From Octopus sinensis (Eukaryota): a stretch of 64,000 nucleotides of DNA. A program made the position numbers and the translations under genes. Positions 31,525 to 43,600 of the stretch are shown here, in pieces (the first letter of the stretch is position 1; each line of letters opens with the position of its first letter). The stretch spans positions 55,800,001-55,864,000 of the forward strand of contig NC_043002.1 in the NCBI RefSeq assembly GCF_006345805.1, given 5' to 3'. The notes beneath the pieces were generated by a model. It did not search any database and had not been told where the DNA came from. It saw only the letters and a list, made by a program, of their open reading frames with translations.

Positions 31525-34500
31525 CTCGCTCCTCTTACAGCAAGACACACGTTCCTGTCCCTCTTTCCTTCACACCTGGCACAAAGCCCACTTCCCTCAC
31601 TACTTCACCCCTACTCAATCATAGAAGCTTCTCTTGTAAACTACTTGGGGACCCCACTAGTGTCAATGCCATGAAAAACAAAAAACAAAAGCAGCACACA
31701 CTGTAAAAGGGTTGGCATTAGGAAGGGTAATCAGGCATAGGAACTAATGCCAAAGCAGACATTGAAGTTCAATGCAGCCCTTTGAACCATCCAACCCATG
31801 CCAACATGGAAGATGGATGTTAGATGATGATGATGATGAAAGCTGACAGCCACTAAAGTTGCTAGCTGTTACACTATGTCGTTATTTTCTCAAAATATAT
31901 CTTATGATGTATCATAAGGTTTTCCTTCACAATTGTTTCATCCTTTTAACGTCCACTTTTCCATGCCTGCATGGGGCAGATGGAAATTTGTCAACGCAGA
32001 TTTTCTATGGCCAGATGCCTTCCCTGTTGCCAACCTTCACTTATTTCCCAGTAAAGTAACATTTCCCCATGGCCAGACATGTTTTCATGGAAGACTGGTA
32101 CAAATGGCAATGCTGCTTTACAGCCATCACAAGATGTCAAAACAAGGCTCACTAACAACACAAACACACCCATATATGTATATATATGACGGGCTTCTTT
32201 CAGTCTCCATCCATCAAATCTACTCATAAGACTTTGGCTAGCTCATTGCCATACAGTAGGAGTGAATCCAAAACCAAGTAAGCATTAGGCTTTAACTTTC
32301 CACTTAGTTCCCAGTTGGGTCTCCTTGTTTGTAGTTTTTCTCTTCTTCAAAGAGTTTAGAGATACCGTTTCTGTAAATCTCTACTTACAGACAGACCACA
32401 TGAAACCAAAAAGCTTAGAAGTACCACCAGTTGATGTAAATCTCCACTAATATAAGTTACATTGCTTATTTATATTTCTACCACAAACTCCAGATTTGTA
32501 CCTGAATTGCATTCCATTTCATATACCTACCTTTGGTGTTTTTGGAGGAACAACAGGTGGTGTCTGTAATGAAGGACCATTGGGGCTGGCTTTCAGTTTA
32601 GAATCTATTTTAAAAAATGAAAAAAAAATATGTCAATAAAATAAGAATTAAACAAATGAAAAAAAAGGGAAAACATAATTCGTTATCGAGATCTGATGAT
32701 TTTTAAAAGCTCAATTCATCATCATCACCATCGTTTAACGTCTGCTTTCCATGCTGGCATGAGTTGGACGGTTTGACAGATCTGGCAAACCAGATGGCTG
32801 CAAAATCCGCTTACCAAATCCACTCACAAAGCTTTGGTCAACCTGAGGCTACAAGAAAAGAGACTTGCCCAAGGTGCCATGCAGTGGGACTGAACCCACA
32901 ACCATGTGGTTGGGAAACAAACTTCTTCCCACTCAGTCACAACAATCCTTTAATGAATTGTACAGTTTTAAAGGTGGCAAACTGGTAGAAATGTTAGCAC
33001 GCCAGGCAAAATGCTTAGCAGTATTTCATCTGTGTTTGAGTTCAAATTCCACTAAGGTTGACTTTGCCTTTCATCCTTTCGGGGTTGATAAATTAAGTAC
33101 CAGTTACTTACTGGGGGATCGATCTAATCGACTGGCCCCCTCCCCCAAAATTTCAGACCTTGTGCCTAGAGTAGAAAAGAATTGTACAGTTTTAATTTTA
33201 AAATTGTGATTAGAATGTCATAAGAAGGAATCACAAGATGGTTTCTTTAAACTGAGGCAAATCGTGTGAGACCCTAGGGGCAGACCAAGAACAAGTGGTT
33301 GGGTAATATTTGTAGTCCTAGTTGGTCACACTAGGGAATCCAGCCGAAAAGTGTAATGCTGGTCACTTCTGGTTGGACCTTACGGAGGATGTGCATGAAG
33401 ATTGCCTTCATGACCCTTGCATGTTGGCTTTCAAAAAGTTTTAATGACAGACAGATTGTCTCTAGGTTCAATTCTCTCTCAAGAAACAATGAAATGAAAT
33501 GAAAAGTTTAATTTCTACAAACTGAATGTTCTGTAGATTTACTATCAAATTTAATATTTAATGGCTTAACATAATGACAATAGCAATTATGGTTAGAATA
33601 GAAAGATGCAGAAACCATTATCTATGAGAGCTGGCAGAATCCTCAGTGAATCAGATTAGATGCTAAGGTTATTTCTTTAGATTGTTATGTTCCAAGTTCA
33701 AATTTTGCTGAGGTCAACTTTGTCTTCATCTTTTCTAATAAATACCAGTTGAGCCCTGGGGGTTGATGTGATTTACTAAAATCCTCTCAACAAATTTCAG
33801 ACACAGTGCGTGTGTGTGAATCACTCGAGTGAAAATAATTTGCTTAGAGTCAACTCCCTGAAAACAGAATTTACAGTTGCTTTTCCTTTCCTTTTTTGTT
33901 TCTTTCTTTTATAATATCAAAATTAGAAAATTACTATTTATAAATCTCACGAGAGATATTCAGCAACAGTACTTTGGAGTAAAGATTATTTGCCAACATA
34001 ACATGGCAGTCCTGGTCTAGGACTAATGTTGCTATAACTTAGCCCCAGGAGACATCATCTCCAGCTGGCTATACAACACGATCTGTGTTCTTATATTTTC
34101 AAACAAGGGAATGTAGCACCCCCACTCAGCTTAAAACAATATCCTTTGTTCAAAAATATAAGGACACAGATCATGTCATGTAGTCAGCTGGAGATGATGT
34201 CTCTTGGGGCTAAATTACAGCAACATTCGTCCTAAACCAGGACTGCCATGTTATGTTGGCAAATAATCTTTGCTCCATATCAAAATTCATATGATTATTT
34301 GTTGTAAAAACTAAATATTTAAAATTAGAAGCAGTAGACTGGGAAAGATCATGAAAGATAAAAAAAAGTTTCAGAAAGAATTCATAAAAATATTGTTGCT
34401 TTAGATATAATAATCCTTTTTACTGGAGGCACAAGGCCTTGAAATTTTGTGGGAGGGGACTAATCTATTACACTGATCCCAGTGTTTCACTGGTCCTTAA

Positions 34501-37500
34501 TTTATAGACCCCAAAAGGATGAAAGGCAAAGTCGACCTCAGCGGAATCTGAACTCAGAATGTAAAGACAGACTAAATACCACTAAGTATTTCGCCTGGCG
34601 TGCTAACGTTTCTGCCAGCTCACCACCTCTGCTTTAGATGTAATAATAATCCTATCCAATGTAGGCACAAGGCCTGGACTTATTTTTGTGGTGGTGGTGG
34701 GAGACAGGTGGATCCTCACATCAACCCCAGTGTTCTGCTGGCGCCTATTTTATCCATCCCAAAAAGTTGAAAGGCAAAGTTGACCACAGTCGAATTTCAA
34801 CTCAGAACATAAAGATGGACAAAATTTGAGGGGAAGGGACCTATCAATTACATTGACCTCAGTATGCAACTGGTATTTAATTTATCAACCCTGAAAGGAG
34901 AAAAGGCAAAGATGACATCAGTGTAATTTGAACTCAGAACATAGTGACGGGTGAAATACCACTAAGCATTTCATCCAGCATGCCTTAATAATAATGATAA
35001 TAATAATAATAATAAAAATGATGATGATGAGAGAATAGTTAGCAATGGATTCCATGCAAGTGGAAAATTGTTTTCCTACTCATGATGTCTTCAGGTTTTT
35101 TAATATGTTTATTTGAAACAAACATAATTTCTATTTATTTATTTGTAGTAATACATGTAGTAATACAGAAGAATTAATTAATAAACAGTGATGAACTAAG
35201 AACTGTTAGTAATATACAGAAGAATTAATTAATAAACAGTGATGAACTAAGAACTGTTAGTAATTTGTAGTGATAGGCTTTGTACAGCAAAATAGTGGTA
35301 GTCTAGTTTATTAGTAACTTAGGATTAAAAACTAAGAAAGTTAATACTTATTTTGATATTTTTCAACCAAGTGTGTGACAACTGAATAATGAATATTGAT
35401 TGATGAGAACCAGTTAAAGATGCTAACTTTTCTTTTCTTTTTTTTTTTTTTCTGTCCTTAGTGTTTTAAAATCTACCATTTTAATGAAATCTGCTTCAAA
35501 ATTCCAAAGTTTATAAATTACGTTTTACTTGTTTCAGTCATTAGACAGTGGCCATGCTGGGGCACCACCTTGAAGAATTTTTAGTGGAATGAATCGCCCT
35601 CAGTGCATATTTCTTTTAAGCCTGGTACTTATATTATTGGTATCGCTAAGTCATAGGGACATAAACACACCAACACCTGTTGTCAAACAATGTTGGGAGA
35701 CAAACACAGACACAACCGACACACTTCTTTCAATTTTTCTCTACCAAAACCACTCACCTGTATCAAGGTGAGATTTTTTGTTTTCATCATAAATTTGAAT
35801 AAGAGCTAAGATCCTTGGCAGAATTACACTCCTTAAATGATTCACACACATATATCATCATCATTATCGTTTAATGTCCGTTTTCCATGCTAGCATGGGT
35901 TGGACGATTCAACCGGGGTCTGGGAACCAGGAGGCTCTACCACACTCCAGTCTGATCTGGCAGTGTTTCTACAGCTGGATGCCTTTCCTAACGCCAACCA
36001 CTCCATGAGTGTAGTGGGTGCTTTTTACGTGCCACCAGCACAAGTGCCAGGGGAGGCTGGCTATGGCCACAGTCGGTTGGTGCTTTTTACGTGCCACCGG
36101 CACAGAAGCCAGTCAAGGTGGTGCTGGCATCGACCATATACGGATGGTCCATTTTACATGCCACCGGCACAGGTATCGCAACCACAATTTCCATTTGATT
36201 TTTGATGCTGATGTACTTGACTCAATAGGTCTCCTCAAGCACAGCAGGTCGCCCTACGATCCAAGGTAAGTACAGCAGGCTGTCCTGCGATCCAAGGCAC
36301 TTTGGAAGGGCTGGGGCTTCAATGTGAAGCTGGTGCAGGGAACAGCCATGAACTCACATTATTTGTCGGGTCTTCATAGTCACAGCATATCTCCAGAGGT
36401 CTCGGTCTTCCGTCATTGCCTCTGTGAGACCCAATGTTCGAAGGTCATGCTTGACCACCTCATCCCATGTCTTCCTGGGTCTACTTCTACCCAGTTACAT
36501 ATATATATATAGTGGAAGCGCAATGGCCTAGTGGTTAGGACAGCAGACTTGCAGTTGTAGGATCACGGTTTCGATTCCCAGACCGGGCATTGTGAGTGTT
36601 TATTGAGCGACACCACCTAAAGCTCCACAACGCTCTGGCAGGGGATGGTGGCGAACCCTGATGTACATTTTCACCACAACTTTCTCTCACTCTTTCTTCC
36701 TGTTTCTGTTGTACCTGTATTTCAAAGGGCCAGCCTTGTCATGCTGAATCTCCCCGAGAACTACATTAAGGGTACATGTGTCTGTGGAGTGCTCAGCAAC
36801 ATGCACTTTGATTTCACGAGCAGGCTGTTCCATTTATTGGATCAACTGGAGCCCTCGTCGTCGTAAATGACGGTGTGCCACAAGCATGATCATTGCCAGT
36901 GTCGTCTTAGTGCCGCCAGACTGGCTCCTGTGCATGTAGCACGTAAAAAACACCATTTGAGTATGGTTGTTGCCAGAACCGCCTAACTGGCCCATGTGCC
37001 GGTGGCACATAAAAGCACCCAGTATACTCTCGGAGTGATTGGCATTAGCAAGGGCCTCCTGGCTCACCAGTCCTCAGTGAAACCGTCCAACCCATGCGAG
37101 CATGGAAGGCAGATGTTAAACGATGATATATATATACATATATATGCATACATACATACATTCATATATATATATACATATCCAAATAAGCAACAAGGAT
37201 ATCCAGAGGTAATGCAGTATAATCGTTTCATGCGACTTCATTTAATTGAGTAATGCAATCTTTGTCTATCTCCTTAACTTCTTGGAGATTTTAGGTAAAA
37301 TTATACTGTGCCCTTCTGCTCTACATTTTAAATTGATGTAATGAAATGATTGCATTACTCAATTAAATGGAGTCACATGAAACGATCGTACTGCATTACC
37401 TCTGGATATCCTTGTTGCTTATTTTGATTTTAATCACCTTATTTTGAAATTGTATGGATAATACCGTACTAAATTCTGGTGCCTCAACTTAATTACCATA

Positions 37501-37602
37501 TTCATCTGAATATATATATTTTGATTTAATGCTAAATTGAATTTTTCCCTGTAAGTTTGGAGTTATACTCCCTAATATATATATATATACACACACACAC
37601 AC

Positions 37603-37659
<57 letters not shown>

Positions 37660-40600
37660 TGGATGGGACACCATCAACTACTACTTGATATGTTGTGGTT
37701 AGCAAATGGATATGGTGACATTTGTGCCCCTTCATGAGGACATTATCAGAGTAAATTAAATACCAACAACCAGGAATCAAATCTTGGCCACTGTATCAGT
37801 TCATTAGGCACAAACCACCAAGGTTCTTGGAACTTTACAAAAAATGTTTATATAAGAAACCGAATCAGATTTGTTATGGCAGGCTGTAAGTGGTACCATT
37901 GTTTGTCATAAAAGAAAGAGTAAAATAAACTTGGATGAGAAAAGAGAGGATAACAGCATTGCTAGACAATGCCTGTGAGGAAATGGAACAACTCTGAATA
38001 ATCAAAGGAATGACATCAAATATTGCAAAGCAATGATGCAACTCTAATTTTACAATTGTTGCAGTAAATAAGCAATAAAGAGATTAAGTGAGTATACAAA
38101 AGCAGCATGCATAAGAATTGTTAACAGCATCAAAAGCATCATTATTATTATTAATAGACACATTATTTCAAAACAACAAGCGAAGCATGTTTTTGTCTTC
38201 TTTCTGGGTTTTGGTTATTGATTTAGTAAGAGCGTATCAAAGGGAAGTCACCATGGACATGCTAGAGGGTCCTTACCTTCAGCAATTGGCTGACGATGAG
38301 GTAAAGGTGGTGGAGAAAGCCTATGTTGAAACTCAGATTCTATTGAAAAATATAAAAAAAACCAATGAGGGAATCACCAACACATACACAATATATGTAT
38401 GTACATACATATATATGTATATATGTGGGTATGTACATACATATGTGTCCTGGGTATGGCTCTCAACTGCATGTGGTAGTAGGGCCCTTATTTAGGAATT
38501 CCAAGTTTTGGGGAATGTGGAACCATATCAGTTATTATTGTCTCCAAGTCTACTCTCACCCAGAGTCGTAACACCTGTCAGGGTTCTAGCTATGGGTTAA
38601 TTAGAAGGTCACAAAATTGCTTCCAGAAGAAGGTTACTCATAGATACCAAACAGACACAGGGCAGACAAGGTCCTTTAGCACTTCATTTAAAAGAAGGAA
38701 ACCCCATACAAATCCTGCATCCTGATAACAATTGAGCTCATGGCACATGAGGCCAATATAAGTTTGAAGGGGGGAGGGAGTGGGAGTGGCTCTGAATAAA
38801 GAATGCCAACTGGAATGATATTTACTGTGCAGGTCAGTTTAGCTAACCAATATACCAGCACCAACCCCATCACACTTTTTTCAAACATCCATTGGTGCTA
38901 AGGGAATGGGCAGCTACTGGAAGTCTTCAGCTTTGACCCTGCCCAGAGGTGGCCATAGAGTGATGGTCTTTGTTTTAGCTGTCTTGCCCCTCATTTCACA
39001 AAGCAACAAGAGAGTCCATCACACACACACACAGAGTATCATGGAATCTCTTGTCGTTGAGTAAGATTTTGACTGGGATTGTTGTTTAAGTAATGTGGAG
39101 ATCTTATGGAATTATGCATATTCAGAGGAATGATTGATTAATAACTATTTAGTTCCCACCTTATACATTTAGCCAGTCTCCCTTGGTTGTGTTTCATCTA
39201 TATCAAGGTGTGTTCAGAGGAAGTTTTAGGGTCAGTTTTATATCAGGGACCCAAATTTTATCAAGTCATCCTCTGAATTAAGCTGAGAAAATCAGCTCAA
39301 CTACAAGAGATTGTCTTTACTCCGGATTGCTGCAAAGTTCCTACAGAGACAAAGGCTAAGGCCACCAGGGGATTCTGGGGTAAATGCATAATGAATTTTG
39401 AGAGAGCAATTTGGAAACTTAGAGTGTCAAGCACTAATTTCCACACCGTTCCAGTTTAGTGGTGCCTAGTGCTGCAAAGTGATTGTCTGGCAGATTTAAC
39501 CCTTTCATTACTATATTTCTGACCAAAATACACCCCTTATGTGTTTCAATTAATTTCTAACGTAATCATAAATTTAGTCTGGTTTCATTAAACAACTATA
39601 ACTTTTTTATTTATCAATATATTAACGGGAATTTTGGAAGATAATTTAATGAAATGTTCTCAACTAATTCTATACTATAATTTTTGTCACAAAGTCACTC
39701 TAATTGCAGGTAGATACAGGTAAATTCAACAAAATATAAAATTATTAAAATTTTGTTCAAACATCGCTATAGAAAATGGGTTATTAGCTAATATTCAATT
39801 GGGTATACAACAAAATTTTACGATAGAATTTGTTATTCTGGGTAACTTTCTGATACCTATAATAATATTTATGGCAAAATAGTCTTAATTTCATTTAAGG
39901 TTGTGGGAAACCACTAACTATCCTTTCTTTCGTTTTGTTTACATTTAGCGTAACGGTTCGTTTCCGCCGTAATGATTTCAAATAGGCTCATTCGAAAAAG
40001 TAAAAAGAAATAGTCTAAGGCTTTACTCTTCTGGGAAAGTCTGTGGCTTGGTCCAGTTTCTTCAGAAAAATCACCGAAAGAAACAGTTTTTAAATTTTCA
40101 CTCCATTCAGGTGCCAATTCATTTTCTTTATCGCTGTCGGAGCTCTCGGATTCACTGTTTTCACTTTCGGAAAATGAAACATCAGATTCATTATCAAATA
40201 CCACATGCTTTTTTTTTTCAGTCATAGAGTTAGATTTATGAAGGTCTTCAGTAGAAAATCCTTCGAATTCTGACTCGCTACTTGATATAATGAAATTCGT
40301 ATCCATTTTTTGTAAGAATTACAAATTTTGAAAACACAATAGGAACAAATTTCGGAAAAAAATCTCCCAAAATTCACGGAATCAAAATTACACTTCGATT
40401 TTTGTACAAAACTGTAGTTGAACTCTTTATGAAGTATAACACGTATTTTCACAAATGTGCTAAAGAGATTTGCTCTGATATTCTCATTTAAATATGAATA
40501 GGTAAATTCGGGCGGTTTTGGACGGCTTGGTCACATTAACCAAAATTTTTTTCGGGCGGTTTGGTAACGAAAGGGTTAAGCAGTTTGCATGCATCATAAG

Positions 40601-43600
40601 GTACCATTTTATAAAAATAAAGTACTGGTAAGGTGGTAGGGAGGGGAGAGACATCTCCTGCTGGCCAGGCTCTAGCTATAATGAACCCAAGATGGTTAAT
40701 TAGATCAATTCTTCAAAGACTTATTTTTGCATTGACAACAAAGATATGTCATATAAGGCTACTTGTAGAGCAAGGCCAGCCGTCATTTGACGACCATCTC
40801 TCCATCTGGAGACTGAGTGGGGGTGGGGCAGTCTACAAGAGATTTTCAATCTATCCATAGCCTAATATTTTGATGTGCCACTTCATATTGTGGCAACTTA
40901 TGAGATTTGGTCCTTATTTCCTACAAAACCTTCTTCACACACACAATAATGATAATTAGACTGACAGCAATGAGAAACACATTGATGAAAGCAAATGTTT
41001 TAAAGCCATTAAGGGGGGAGGGGTGCTGAGGAAATAAGCAAAAGGGAAAATAAATTTTTAAAAATTAATAAAGCTTTAAAAATGAAGTTATCAGAAAACA
41101 CCAATGAATATGGTGTGGAGTTTAATAGGAAATACTGAGCAGAGGTGAATGTGAGGATATAACCTTTACTGTAGTTTGAGAGAATGTCTGATAATTATAA
41201 GAGAATAAAGAGAGATCGAGATTTGAAATAAAGAGAAAGGAATTATTGAGTGTTCAAAAAGGTCTAAATACATATACAACTATTCAAAACGTACACACAC
41301 ACACATGTATCATATATATATATATTTATTAGGTTTGGAGGTGATGTACAGGTATTATATATTAGAAGAAATAAGGTACTCAGAAATCTGGATGGTTTTA
41401 TATTTACAGATTTTTATCAATATGTCACATGTTTCTATAAATCATATATTAGCACTTACTAGAGTAGATGCAAGTGCTAATATATGATTTATAAAAACAT
41501 GTGAAGTATTAATAAAAATCTGTAAATATAAAACCATCCAGATTTCTGAGTACCTTATTTATATATATGATGGACTCTCCTGTCGTTAGACAATGTATGA
41601 GGGTTCAACAATTTCTTACTGAACAACCACACATGATTTGTTTATAGTGATCAAATGTTTGTGTAGGCATAAGCTCACTCCCTCCATCAGATCAACATTA
41701 CCTGTACAGGTGCAACGGGTGCCACATGTCAGATGACAAAATTATCACAGAGCAACGTGAAATGAAGTGCTTTGCTCAAGAACAAAATGCAAAGTCCAGT
41801 CTGGGAATTGAACCCACAATCGTGAGTGCAACACCTTAACCACTGAGCCATGCAGCTTCACTTTTAAGGCTTTCTCTACAGATTTTCAATAGGATTTAGA
41901 GCCACCACTGAATGTTACGATGCTTCATATACGAATACATCTATATAAATGATGCAATCAAAGAAAGAAAAATAGGTAATGGGTGTTAATTGGTCAATGA
42001 GTTGGAAGTGTTGCTGAAAAAAGAGCAATAACTCCAGAAATCTGCAAATACGCCTGTTATCTATTTTCCTATCTTTAATCTCACTGTTTACATAGACGTA
42101 TTCGTATATGTCTTAACTTTCAGTGCTGGCTCTAAATTCTATAGAAATTCTGTAGAGATGATTTAAAAGTGACTGAATTGCACTGCTAACACACAAAGTT
42201 AGAAAACAGTATTGACTTGTAAATGTTTAATCTACTTAGAGGTAAATTACGGTTGCTAAACAAAACAGTGTCCCTACCAGCAATTATTATGCATGTGTGT
42301 CAGATCTGTTTGTTTGTTGGGGTTTTTTTTCCTCCATTTATTTTAATCTTTATTTTTCATCAACAATTGTAAGATATCATCAATGCTTTAACTAACCAGA
42401 GGAATGTTGGCAAGAAATCATGAACCATGAAGGAGAATATAGTCTTTTCTACTCTACGCACAAATTTGCAGGGAGGGGGCCAGTCGACTAGATCGACCCC
42501 AGTACGCAACTGCTACTTAATTTATGAAGGAGAATACATTATTGATGGATTTATTAAAACTTGAAAAAAAAAGGATTAAAATAAATGGGAAAAAAATTTA
42601 TCTGACAATCATCCAGCCACACAAATGCATAAGAATATGAATAAAAACACATTTAAAAGAAGAGAAACACACACAGATTTACACAGCAGAACGCAGAAGC
42701 ATAACAGACACATTGATGCATATATATATTTAGATGAACATAAAGTGAAACAGTAGGAATGTATTCAAAGTTTTAAAAAACTTAGGAAATGCATTCAAAA
42801 ACTTAAAACAAATTTGAATGATTTAAAAATAACAGCTTCTGTACAGAATAATTAAGCGCACATGTTTATTTGTGAAAACATTAATAAAGACATTATAACA
42901 TGTAAATATTTTTCCAAATTAACATGAACTTCAATTTAGAAGCTCTAAGAAAGCCATAAGATGTTGCATAAGCACCCTGCTCTGAATGCACTGCATCTCA
43001 TAGCAGAAACAGTTTGTTAGTTAATGAACCTGATGATGTAATTCCTGTTCCCTTGTCATCTATGTAATTTCATAGAACACCCTGTACTTACCCTGATGCT
43101 TTATTCTGAAGTATATATATGTTGGGTTGGCCACAAAGTCCATTCATTTTTTAAGTGAAATTAAGACAAGTTTTAAACAGAAAGTTATTTATTCACTCAG
43201 TGATATAATTACTGTGTCATTCCAGTATCTTCTGCTACCTTGTGGCTGGATCCATTAACCTCTGCTCAAAGAACTTCCAGTGTTTGCTAGTGAGTAACTC
43301 TTCCAGGGAAAGTTTTACACCCTCTTCAGAGTTGTAGATCTGTCAATTTAATGAATTTTGAAGAGACTGAAACAGGTGGAAACCTGAAGGTGTAAGGTCA
43401 GCCCAGATGAAAGAGCAGAGCAGAATTTCTCAGCTAAGCTCCAGTAACTGCTGCCATGTCTGCAAAGAAGCATGCAGTCTGGCATTGGTCCCAACAAAAG
43501 ACAAAACTGAAGTCAGCTACTTATTAGAAAGCTTCAAGTTTAGAGCTGACAAAAACTGAATGGGCTTTTGGCCAACTCAATTTACACTGAGTTTCTAACA

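Noticed and set aside
31322-31674. ORFs rich in IYIY, CVCV or HTHT here and at ~19100, 37500 and 61400-62050
   Set aside because: Translations of dinucleotide microsatellites.
38248-38276. Alternative C-terminus by read-through of the donor (GKDPLACPW*)
   Set aside because: A short open stretch after a donor is expected by chance.
43092-43105. 14-nt segment between cag and gtaagt on the minus strand
   Set aside because: Would break the reading frame between phase-1 neighbours; no partner exon found.
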